44,324 nt of DNA. Origin: Bdellovibrionota bacterium (lineage in GTDB: Bacteria > Bdellovibrionota_C > UBA2361 > OMII01). The notes under the pieces were generated by a model. It made no database searches. It was not told the DNA's origin and saw only the letters and a program-made list of their open reading frames with translations. Below, piece after piece: positions 29,365-38,080 of the stretch. Position numbers and translations under genes: made by a program. How positions within the stretch are numbered: position 1 is the stretch's first letter; each line of letters begins with the position of its first letter. Where the stretch lies: NCBI GenBank assembly GCA_044356215.1, contig JBIKWQ010000023.1:1-44324 (forward strand). Direction: 5' to 3'.

Positions 29365-30471
29365 GTGGAAAAAGCACGTGCAGGTTGGAGCATTAACGTT
29401 GGGAGTTTGGGTGGTATTCCTATTCGGATTCACCTAACCTTCTTGCTTCTTTTGATCTGGCTAGTCTTTGGAAGCGATAGTGGATCTCCGCTTAACGAGG
29501 CTCTATTTGTTTTAGCGGTTTTTGGGTGTGTGCTCCTCCATGAACTTGGACACGCGCTCGTGGCGAAACGATTTGGGATTCTAACCAGAGATATAACGCT
29601 TTACCCTTTTGGTGGTATAGCGGCTATCGTCTCACAACCCGCACCGCGGGCAGAGCTAATGATCTCAATCGCGGGCCCAGCGGTTAATATCGTTATAGCG
29701 GCGGCGATCTACCCATTTATCACCCTACCGGATATCTCTAAGCCCGAATCTATAGAGTTCACTTTTCTACTGAGACTTTTTCTAACCAATATAGCTTTAG
29801 CCACCTTTAACCTTCTTCCGGCTCTTCCTATGGATGGAGGACGGGTACTACGGGCGGTTCTAGGGCTCTGTAACGTTAAAAACGCGACAACGATCGCCGC
29901 TCGAATTAGTCAGGGAATCTGCCTTCTGCTGGCTATCGCGGCTGTCTACCTAGAGCAACCGGTTCTGTTCGCTATCGCTGTTATCATATTCCTCGGAGCG
30001 ATGCAGGAGCATGTAAGAGCCCAGACTAAAATGATCGCCAGCGCATTCTCAATCGAGGACGCGATGATCCCGATGGAGCGACTTCAGTTCTTTCCTCACG
30101 GAACAACTATCTCACGGGCTTTAAAGACTATCCTCACTTCGTGGCAGCCGCTATATCCCGTAATGAACGGTAATTCCCTTTTAGGGATCGTCACTCGTGA
30201 TGATATCCTCGAACATGCGGTGACACGAGCTGATGACTACGTTGGTGAGCTTATGCAGAGATCTATTCCTGAGATAGATGTAGCCGCATCCTTGGCTGAT
30301 GCTTATGCTCAGATGGAAAGTAGTGGCAATCAGGTACTAGCCGTTACCAAAGATGGCAGCTATCGTGGGATCCTAGCACTAGACCGATTGGCGGATTTTC
30401 TTATTATGCATGAATTACGGGCTAAGATGCCTAAGGATGATGATATGGAATGGACTGCGCCTAATATCTAA
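29365..30471 (+). CDS. Site-2 protease (M50) with CBS domains
   Basis: HELGH zinc motif, AGPAVN, FNLLPALPMDGGR, C-terminal CBS pair. Confidence 0.92.
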   Translation: MEKARAGWSINVGSLGGIPIRIHLTFLLLLIWLVFGSDSGSPLNEALFVLAVFGCVLLHELGHALVAKRFGILTRDITLYPFGGIAAIVSQPAPRAELMISIAGPAVNIVIAAAIYPFITLPDISKPESIEFTFLLRLFLTNIALATFNLLPALPMDGGRVLRAVLGLCNVKNATTIAARISQGICLLLAIAAVYLEQPVLFAIAVIIFLGAMQEHVRAQTKMIASAFSIEDAMIPMERLQFFPHGTTISRALKTILTSWQPLYPVMNGNSLLGIVTRDDILEHAVTRADDYVGELMQRSIPEIDVAASLADAYAQMESSGNQVLAVTKDGSYRGILALDRLADFLIMHELRAKMPKDDDMEWTAPNI

Positions 30472-30476
30472 CGTCA

Positions 30477-31862
30477 ATGAAAAATTCCAAAGCCCATCAG
30501 GCAATCATCAATCCAAAATCTAGTAGCAAAGTTGGGCGGAGATCCCTACTCTTATTCGCCAGGTTACTGAGCTACCTTCCTTACAGTGTACGCTCAGCTT
30601 TGGGATTAACCATCGGATATCTAGCTGGCCTGTTACCCATCAGAGAGAGACGTTTTGCTTCATTGCAGCTCCGAGCTTTTCTACCCGAGGCCCCGTGGCG
30701 GACTATTACTCCACGGGTATTCTCCAATGTTGGGCAAACGCTTCTTGAATCGTTGAATGTTAAGCCTATTCTAAAGCGCACAAGCAAACATATTACCTGT
30801 GAGAACTGGGATGAGATACAGGAGTGGGTATCAGACTCTAGACCCTTAATCACCCTGACTGGACACACTGGGAATTGGGACCTCTTAGCGGCATGGGTCA
30901 TATCGCGCGGAATCCCACTAACAACTATCGGAAGAGAAGCCAGAAGTCCTAGCGCGCAGGCCCTACTAAAAAAGATCCGCGAAGATTATGGGATAGAAAC
31001 GATCTGGAGATCTGACCGAGCCGGATTAAAACGGCTTATATCGTGCCTAAACGAGCGGCGGGTATTAGCTGCTCTGATCGATCAAGATACCCGAGTAGAC
31101 AGTATCGCTGTTCCCTTTTTTGGCTCACCCGCCAAAACCCCTGTGTCGCTAATCACCCTGGGGCAAAAGATGAACGCCAGGTTTGTCACTGCGTTTATAT
31201 TTAGGACAGGTTGGTTACGTTACTCTGTTTTTGCGTCTGAGATACCCGATCAAGTTAGCGAGGAAAAGGTTCTAGAGATATACAACCAACGGCTCGAGTC
31301 ACTGATACGCCAGTATCCGAGTCAGTGGGTGTGGTTTCACAAGAGGTGGCGCAGCCCAGATGGTAAGAACACTCTATCATCAAAGGAGTATGAGAGGTCG
31401 TTACTTTCGAGAGCCGGAGCACTTTGCGCGTTAATATCCCTTATCTTCTCCGCTTGTGCGTCTTCTCACCTAGCCGGATCGATAGAAGAGGCTGAAAGCC
31501 TCTCTGAGCAGGGCCGCTATGAAGACGCGATTAAGTCATACAGAGAGCACATCGACCAACGTTCTCTAGCTTCACGACCCGATTGGGAGAACCCCTATTT
31601 TTATCTGATTAGTATCTCGGAGCTTGAGCTTGAACTTGGGCGACCATATGAAGCTCTTAAAGCGTGTGCCGAAGCAGAGAGACAAGGCGTTGATTCAAGA
31701 TTAATATCAGATCGCTACCGAGCGATAGCCTCGTGGCACATTGAGCGTGGAGAGTCACAGCAGGCGTTTGAGATACTAAAGCAAAACAGAGAGCGTGATC
31801 CCCTCCTCTTTGACGCGTTGCTAGATCGGGTTGCGAGGGATATGGCGCGGGAGGGGGTTTAG
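30477..31862 (+). CDS. Lipid A late acyltransferase (LpxL/HtrB family) with fused lipoprotein/TPR-like C-terminal module
   Basis: HTGNWD (HX4D), LIDQD, VPFFG, PSQWVWFHKRW; then a hydrophobic stretch ending FSAC and TPR-like helices. Confidence 0.85.
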   Translation: MKNSKAHQAIINPKSSSKVGRRSLLLFARLLSYLPYSVRSALGLTIGYLAGLLPIRERRFASLQLRAFLPEAPWRTITPRVFSNVGQTLLESLNVKPILKRTSKHITCENWDEIQEWVSDSRPLITLTGHTGNWDLLAAWVISRGIPLTTIGREARSPSAQALLKKIREDYGIETIWRSDRAGLKRLISCLNERRVLAALIDQDTRVDSIAVPFFGSPAKTPVSLITLGQKMNARFVTAFIFRTGWLRYSVFASEIPDQVSEEKVLEIYNQRLESLIRQYPSQWVWFHKRWRSPDGKNTLSSKEYERSLLSRAGALCALISLIFSACASSHLAGSIEEAESLSEQGRYEDAIKSYREHIDQRSLASRPDWENPYFYLISISELELELGRPYEALKACAEAERQGVDSRLISDRYRAIASWHIERGESQQAFEILKQNRERDPLLFDALLDRVARDMAREGV

Positions 31863-31941
31863 GACGTTAAGGCATCAGTCGAGTATCTGATTATAGACAG
31901 CTACATCAAACATAGCCTCGAGTAGTAAACTAGAAAAGCTC

Positions 31942-32268
31942 CTACTCCCCATAAATAATCACCTCATCACGCCGCCACAATCCAAAAAGCGCCGACTGTC
32001 GCCGCGTCTCACACATATACACGGTTGATATACCATGATGTTTGGCTATATCTCCGATAGCTCGGGAATCCCACTCGGCACCAATATCAACGCGAGTCGT
32101 TGGAATCTCAATTCTCTTGGAGCTTCCAGATGCTCTCTTACTACCTAGCTCCGTCCCCCGAGCGTCCTTACATAGCGGCTGAACCGTATCTGTGTAAATT
32201 ATTCCGCGAGATATAACGCCGCACCCTGAGAGAGCGATGCATGCCACTATTGATAGAATCTTACTCAT
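31942..32268 (-). CDS. TRL-like lipoprotein
   Basis: Likely ATG at 32268; lipobox LSGC; TELGSK, IAKHHGISTV and C-terminal IIYGE resemble the neighbouring gene. Confidence 0.7.
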   Translation of the reverse strand: MSKILSIVACIALSGCGVISRGIIYTDTVQPLCKDARGTELGSKRASGSSKRIEIPTTRVDIGAEWDSRAIGDIAKHHGISTVYMCETRRQSALFGLWRRDEVIIYGE

Positions 32269-32289
32269 CAAAGGTTTGACTACCAAACT

Positions 32290-32577
32290 TTAGTTGCCGT
32301 AAACGATCGTATCGCGGCGTATATACGCGCCAAAAAAGTAGCTCTCGATACCCATGTCCATATGATTGATCGTCGAGATGCCTCCGTTCTCCGCGGCTTT
32401 CTTAACTCCCGCATCTCCCCAGGCAACAAGCCACAATATGGAGTAATTGGAAGAAACGCCAACTTTTGTTCCCAGTTCCGTCTTCCAGAGATCCTCATCT
32501 AGTGGAAAACGGATGTTGCTGTATACACATCCAGACAGGAGACTAATCAAAACGGCGCAAGCTATGAACTTTTTCAT
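32290..32577 (-). CDS. TRL-like lipoprotein
   Basis: Start reassigned to ATG 32577 (MKKFIACAVLISLLSGC); SILWLVAWGDAGVKKAAENGGISTINHMD...TIVYGN is typical of the TRL-like family. Confidence 0.8.
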   Translation of the reverse strand: MKKFIACAVLISLLSGCVYSNIRFPLDEDLWKTELGTKVGVSSNYSILWLVAWGDAGVKKAAENGGISTINHMDMGIESYFFGAYIRRDTIVYGN

Positions 32578-32668
32578 TGAGACCTCATTCAAGGGACAGA
32601 TGCATTTATTCTTGCCTTTTACCGTTTGCATAGCAAGCGCCATCTCTCTTCCGCACCGGAGGGGATTC

Positions 32669-34384
32669 TTATTTTGCGTGCTTAATAGTGCGGGAGGTAG
32701 CTACTCTTGCGCGTATCTTATCGCTCCAAAAGAAAGCTTCTCCGAGAGCTGTTTCGATGGCGGGAAGAGGCGAGTTGTCCTGCTCTACAAAAAAGACTCG
32801 ATCGCGGAATGGTTTGCGAAGGATATCGCTTACCCCCTTACTGACCAAACCAGGTCGAGATACAGCAATCGGATGTCCCCAGCGGGCGATTCTTAGATCT
32901 TGGATGGCATCCGGAGTAAAACCGTACTGGGGAAGGATTTCACCGGAAAGTTGATGCATCATCTCTGTGCGCACACTTTCATAGGCACCGTCGTGTAAGA
33001 GTTGTGCTCTAGCACCCCGATACGGATAGGCTCTATAAAGCGTCAGAACCGAAAAACCAGGTGCACCTTGCGCATAGTCACCCTTAACCACATCGGTAAC
33101 TCCACGAGCCGAGCTCTCCTGCTGAGCATTGGTTCCGCGGGCTTCTTTATCGCCAATCAGATACAGATCATACGCCGATATAGAAGAGGTCCCCTTCAAT
33201 AGCACGTTAGCGACGATATAGGCGCGGTACTCAAGCTCCTGAATAGCCGAGACGCGCGAGGGCTCTATGTCGTTAAGAATTTTAGCCACGACGAATTTTG
33301 GGCATGACATGACCACGGAAGAAGTCTCTATTGTAACTATCTGACCATCGCTATCAATATATGATACAAGAGCCGTGTCTCCTTGAACTCTTACATCAAT
33401 CACGGTCGCGTTTGCGCGTAAGGAGTTTGGTGGCAGCTGTGTATGTAGTTGTTCGCATAGCGCCTCAGCAACCGCTGAATTACCCCCAGGAAAAGTGGCA
33501 ATCGGACCGAACTCGGCGGCTAAGAAGTTAAGACCGGAAGCGGCACTTATCTCCGAGGCTGAAGCGGCAAATGACGACCAACAGTACTGCTCAATAATTG
33601 CTCCTAGCGTAGGGGATAGAGGCCCGACGACTCGTTCCAGATGATTTCGCAAAGACGAGTTATCAAGAAACTCAAAGCTCTTTCTTGCGGAACTTGCGAT
33701 GCGCAACGGATCAGGATACGGGAAGGTTTTCCCTTCAAGGATATCTTTTAAATAATGAACAAGCCTCTTAACCTGTTTGGCTTCCGCCTCTTCCAGATTG
33801 ACTCCCGACCAAAAGTCGCTAATAAGACCTCTTTTAGTCGCAACTAGACCTGCATCATCTGTCAAACGATAACGAGAGCTAAGCCCGATCTCTTGAAAGA
33901 GCCTGGCTGTTGGCGAGTTTGCCTCGGGCACGCAGAAATAAGCAGCGCCGATCGAATAATCCATTCCGCGCCAAGACTGCCCCTTTGAATTACCCCCCAA
34001 ACGCGATGCCTGCTCAAGGACTATCGGTGCCTGGTCGCGAAGAAGATATGCGGATGTAAGACCGGATATTCCCCCACCCACGACTACAATCGGCCGATAT
34101 TCGGAAGGCTTAGGAATTCCGCCCCGTTCGGCGAGGACTCGCGATTTATTCCAAAGTAGTGCGTGAGCTTTTGATGGAGTATCGCCAAAGAACTCGGCCC
34201 CTTCAGGGCCATCACCCAGGGAGCGGTCGATGGGTGATAACGACGAGAGAACAGAATTTAGCCCGAGTCCCGGAATCCATTGAGTAAGGGGGCTACACCC
34301 ACCAAATATAAAGGGGCTAGTATAAAAGACGGCCGATGTCTTCGAGATGAGAGAGAGTAATTCGCGCCGAGAAATAGTTGTCAT
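32669..34384 (-). CDS. Tat-exported FAD-dependent oxidoreductase (amine oxidase-like)
   Basis: SRRELL twin-arginine motif and possible lipobox FGGC; VVVGGGISGL, LEQASRLGGNS, GAAY, FPGGN, RWGH. Confidence 0.85.
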   Translation of the reverse strand: MTTISRRELLSLISKTSAVFYTSPFIFGGCSPLTQWIPGLGLNSVLSSLSPIDRSLGDGPEGAEFFGDTPSKAHALLWNKSRVLAERGGIPKPSEYRPIVVVGGGISGLTSAYLLRDQAPIVLEQASRLGGNSKGQSWRGMDYSIGAAYFCVPEANSPTARLFQEIGLSSRYRLTDDAGLVATKRGLISDFWSGVNLEEAEAKQVKRLVHYLKDILEGKTFPYPDPLRIASSARKSFEFLDNSSLRNHLERVVGPLSPTLGAIIEQYCWSSFAASASEISAASGLNFLAAEFGPIATFPGGNSAVAEALCEQLHTQLPPNSLRANATVIDVRVQGDTALVSYIDSDGQIVTIETSSVVMSCPKFVVAKILNDIEPSRVSAIQELEYRAYIVANVLLKGTSSISAYDLYLIGDKEARGTNAQQESSARGVTDVVKGDYAQGAPGFSVLTLYRAYPYRGARAQLLHDGAYESVRTEMMHQLSGEILPQYGFTPDAIQDLRIARWGHPIAVSRPGLVSKGVSDILRKPFRDRVFFVEQDNSPLPAIETALGEAFFWSDKIRARVATSRTIKHAK

Positions 34385-34478
34385 ATTGAGAAAGATAATG
34401 GGAACAGATCACTTTTTACAAGTAGCTGATTCGGCGCAGCAACATATGTTTGATACTCTGCCGAGTCTCCGAGTCTTT

Positions 34479-34491
34479 CTAGCCGGGCTAC
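34479..34491 (-). repeat. REP-like palindrome downstream of the transposase-like gene (inverted copy)
   Basis: Minus strand reads GTAGCCCGGCTAG, 12/13 identical to the two upstream copies. Confidence 0.7.
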
Positions 34492-34641
34492 AGGAACAGG
34501 CGACGGGCTGCTCGGAGGGTTAAGGCAGCACAAAAAAGCTAGAAAGCCCTGAAACAGGAACAAATAGAAACGAAAACCCCCAACAGTAGATACACCTCGG
34601 CGCTGCGAGTCAGAAGTCGCACTATGGGATATGAGAGGACT

Positions 34642-35607
34642 CTAGCAGCCTACAACATTGGCTAGCTTCGGAAACGACGGAGGGTACAGTCCAGGTGGAT
34701 ACACGGCGGTTCTATCGCCCATAATCCACTTGGCTCTAATCGCTTGACCTTGCTTTCGTAGTCCCTTTAACTTTTTTATGTACTGAATTCTTTTGGAGCG
34801 GTTATCCGAGAGGCACCACGTCTTCCGTCCCTTTCGGTCCGGCCTATAAGATGTATCTATCTTCTGCCGCTCTAGTCTTCGCCTTCCGATGACGGTCTTC
34901 TTCTCTCGTATTCGCTTCTCTGCAGCACGCTTCTCTAAGGTGCATACTCGCTCAACAATTCTATCGTTAATTCGTTTCTGTTGCTCAGGATCTCTTATCC
35001 CAAACGCTTCCATCCATGCATTGGGCTGGAGTGTGAATGTCTCAACCTCTGAAGAACCATCAAGGAGTCGCTGAGCCTCTTTTGTATAGCCTCTTAAGTT
35101 ATGGCTCTCTGGCTCAAGGCACCTAAACTGCGGACGTCTAAATCTCTTCCACCTCTTTGTTGTTTCACCAGATCTAAACATCTGCCAAGTTGAGAATCCT
35201 GGGTATTCCTCGATTGATGAAACGAGGTTGTCCTTTGCCGGGTTGCAGTAGGTATAAGATATGAGCGCTATCGCTTTAGATAGGGTCAGAACGCGTGGGC
35301 TATCGTATCCATCACACCACACGGTTCTCTTTTTTCTACCTAGTATTGCGTTAATCGCATGAGCTGACTCGGTTTTAAAGTGCCTAATGAATGCCTGCAC
35401 GTGATCTGGGTCTAAAACAGTAATCATAGAGTGAAAGTGCGTGGCCTCGGCGGTCATGTGAGATATCTTAATAGGATAAAGCTTTGACGCTGCGACGAGG
35501 CAGCTCTGTATGATAGCCGTACAAAGCGGGTTGGCTTGAAAAAGGAGACCTTCCTCAACAGAGGAGGTAATAAATAGCACACTGCCTTTTTGATGGTATT
35601 TTATCAT
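34642..35607 (-). mobile_element. REP-associated tyrosine transposase-like (RAYT / TnpA-Y1 HUH nuclease) with C-terminal extension
   Basis: FITS N-terminal strand, HUH motif THFH, VW..GY, putative catalytic Tyr in YTYCNPAKDNLV...EYPGFS; GGAGG RBS; flanking palindromes. Confidence 0.82.
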
Positions 35608-35716
35608 CAGAGAGCCTCCTTGGATCTGTATGTATTTAAAAGACGCTAATTATATCGCTCTAAGACGGGCGAGAGTTGCTCGCTGCTGGAAAGAAAGTGT
35701 GTTGGGGAGGAGAAGA

Positions 35717-35761
35717 ACTGGTAGCCCGGCTACAGGAGGTCTGACTAGTAGCCCGGCTACA
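35717..35761 (+). repeat. Two REP-like palindromes GTAGCCCGGCTAC upstream of the transposase-like gene
   Basis: Copies at 35721-35733 and 35748-35760, inside an 18-nt direct repeat ACT(G/A)GTAGCCCGGCTACA; arms GTAGCC/GGCTAC are perfectly complementary. Confidence 0.85.
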
Positions 35762-35860
35762 CCTGCTGTCTCCTTCAGGAGACTGAATAATCCTACGCAA
35801 CTTCCTCTCGTATAGCGCCGATTGTTCCCTGTAAAACTTATTTTCTCCAGGAGAAGATCT

Positions 35861-36589
35861 ATGACAACCTCTTTCTGCCTAAATGCGGCCCTCTCAAATT
35901 CCAGCCTATTTCCTCGCAACACAACCAGTCCCGACTTACAGGCCACCAGCCGATGCCACCACGGTTCAAGCAATCCGCTAAAAGTCAGCTTTGCTCAGCG
36001 AACCTTCGATGCTGAAGGAGTCGAAGCGCACGGGCGCTTCTTTAGTCGAGCAATATCGTGGCCGCGACTTGGGAACAGTGGCGTAACTATAGGTCGTGGT
36101 TACGATATGGGGCTACGCAAACCATCACAAATCATTCGCGAACTCTCTCTAGCCGGAATGTCAACTGAGGATGCGCGCTTTCTCTCAAAAGCCGCCTTTA
36201 AACGGGGAGCGGAGGCAGGAGAGTTTGTCCGAAGTTTCAAATCGTCAGCCCCTGTAATGTCACTCGAAGTTCAGCGCAATTTATTTGAGAAGGTAACAAC
36301 CCCAGAGATGATAAATGACATTAAGCGGATCTTTAACAAGCAAGATGTCGTCAGCACCTACGGCAGGACATCTTGGGATGAGCTATCTCCGGCAGCGCAG
36401 GAGCTCTTATTCGACCTCCGCTATCGAGGGGATTACACCCCAGCTACTCGTAAGGTTCTTCAAAGCTTCCTGGTAAACAAGGACTACGAAGGGCTCCGGT
36501 CCGTAATTAATGATTCAGCATATTGGCAGTCACGCGGCGTCCCTGCTGCTAGGATAAGAGAGCGACAAGAGCTCGCCAAGGAGCTTTAG
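35861..36589 (+). CDS. Pesticin C-terminal-like muramidase
   Basis: TFDAEG...FFSRAISWP...SGVTIGRGYDMG and LFDLRYRGDYT; ATG 35861 preceded by AGGAG; no signal peptide. Confidence 0.8.
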   Translation: MTTSFCLNAALSNSSLFPRNTTSPDLQATSRCHHGSSNPLKVSFAQRTFDAEGVEAHGRFFSRAISWPRLGNSGVTIGRGYDMGLRKPSQIIRELSLAGMSTEDARFLSKAAFKRGAEAGEFVRSFKSSAPVMSLEVQRNLFEKVTTPEMINDIKRIFNKQDVVSTYGRTSWDELSPAAQELLFDLRYRGDYTPATRKVLQSFLVNKDYEGLRSVINDSAYWQSRGVPAARIRERQELAKEL

Positions 36590-36834
36590 CCGAGCACATC
36601 ATTTAACAGCCGCTCCAGCTCCTTATTTTTCTTGATCTCGCGTATTCGGGAGTTAAACAGCGACCAAAAAAGAGGTTGAGGTAATCTCTCTCGATTACGC
36701 GCGAATTTAAGAATCTTATCTTGAAGATCCGCGATCTCCTTCGCGGTAGCTGATCGCTCATGCGGAGCACTCTCAAGACCTACATCCCCGCCATCTTCAG
36801 AATGTGCATAGTTAAGGTCGTCTTTTCTCGCCAT
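36586..36834 (-). CDS. Small hypothetical protein
   Basis: 82-aa ATG ORF 15 nt after the SLT stop; probably co-transcribed with it. Confidence 0.55.
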   Translation of the reverse strand: MARKDDLNYAHSEDGGDVGLESAPHERSATAKEIADLQDKILKFARNRERLPQPLFWSLFNSRIREIKKNKELERLLNDVLG

Positions 36835-36849
36835 TCGCAGATCTTAATG

Positions 36850-37923
36850 CTAAATCACCCCAGAGCGCCAGCGCTTATAATCTCCAAGGATCTTCAAAGC
36901 ATAGGTCATGCATTCTTTTGGAATCCTCCTCTTGCCACCCGTTGCTGAATCTACATGGCCCGGACCCCAGTTGTACGCCACAAGCGCGAACATACGATCT
37001 CCCTTGTAGGTTTCCACCAGCTCCTTTAAATAGGTAATTCCTACCTTAAGGTTATGACCAGGATCGGTTAATTTTCCACTTGGAAGATCATGCTTTTGCC
37101 TGAGCCAAGCTCCTGTCGCCGGCATAATTTGCATCAGACCCTGCGCTCCCTTATTAGAGCGCGCTGTGTTACTGAAGGTGCTCTCAGCCTTAATCACCGC
37201 CGCGACAAATAAAGGATCAACTCCCTGCCTCGAGCTCTCTTGAACTATCGCTTGAGCTAATATCGCTGGGGCTTTATGTTTTGGCGAATATTTTTTGATA
37301 ATCGAATGGACACGGCCAACCACTGCACGACTCCCATGCGGAATCGCGTCACTGGGCGAGCGAACCTCTCGCTGCTTGGGCATATTGCTAGACGCGGTCG
37401 GTATATCTCGTACTTCCGACTTATTGATTGCGGCTACCGAAAAACTAGCCAAACGCACCTGCTCAGGTGACCGCACTAACGGTAATTTCTCTAAGAGCGG
37501 ATCTATCTGCCTCTCCCCGCGCTCCATAATTATCGCTGTAGCGTGCGAGACATTCCGATCTCTCGGAGATAGCTTCTGCACCCTGACAGAATTGGCACTC
37601 GATGTACGCTCTATTCGAGCCAGATTTCCCTTCAAATTAGCCAATATCGCATTACCAAGGTCTTTATGTTTGTTGGTGTGAGTAAATGGACCCAATAAAG
37701 ACAAAGCAATACCACATACCAGACCAATACACGCCATGGTGTGCAAACCAAAGACTGGGATATTAGGACTTCCAGACTCTAAAATTAAATCCGCGTTAGC
37801 CGTTGCCACTTTGGGAATAATAGAATTACCAGAACTTTTTATAAGTCTGCCTGTCGGCGCCGATCGGGAAGCCCTACCTTTACTGGTCTTAATTGCGATC
37901 ACAGTGGCGGACGGTTTAGTCAT
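36850..37923 (-). CDS. Membrane-anchored lytic transglycosylase (SLT domain)
   Basis: VIKAESTF, SNKGAQGLMQIMPAT, ALVAYNWGPG; single TM near the N-terminus. Confidence 0.9.
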   Translation of the reverse strand: MTKPSATVIAIKTSKGRASRSAPTGRLIKSSGNSIIPKVATANADLILESGSPNIPVFGLHTMACIGLVCGIALSLLGPFTHTNKHKDLGNAILANLKGNLARIERTSSANSVRVQKLSPRDRNVSHATAIIMERGERQIDPLLEKLPLVRSPEQVRLASFSVAAINKSEVRDIPTASSNMPKQREVRSPSDAIPHGSRAVVGRVHSIIKKYSPKHKAPAILAQAIVQESSRQGVDPLFVAAVIKAESTFSNTARSNKGAQGLMQIMPATGAWLRQKHDLPSGKLTDPGHNLKVGITYLKELVETYKGDRMFALVAYNWGPGHVDSATGGKRRIPKECMTYALKILGDYKRWRSGVI

Positions 37924-38080
37924 TAGGCACCTTTTTTACGGCGTTTTGTTTGACCCCCTATAATCTGTAAAAACGCCGCGGCTGCTTCTGACTATTTCGC
38001 CACCTAACATGCTGATTTACCTATGCTTCCAGAAAAGCACGGAGCACATCGGGCCAATTCGCGTGTAGTGCCTCACCTCG

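Noticed and set aside
34381..34563. 60-aa minus-strand ORF overlapping the oxidoreductase start
   Set aside because: Non-ATG start, no recognisable motif, and it spans the REP-like palindrome; more likely non-coding, though not excluded.
35630..35973. Short ORFs on both strands between the RAYT-like gene and the muramidase
   Set aside because: Their repeated peptides (SPAT / VAGL) are just translations of the palindromic repeats.
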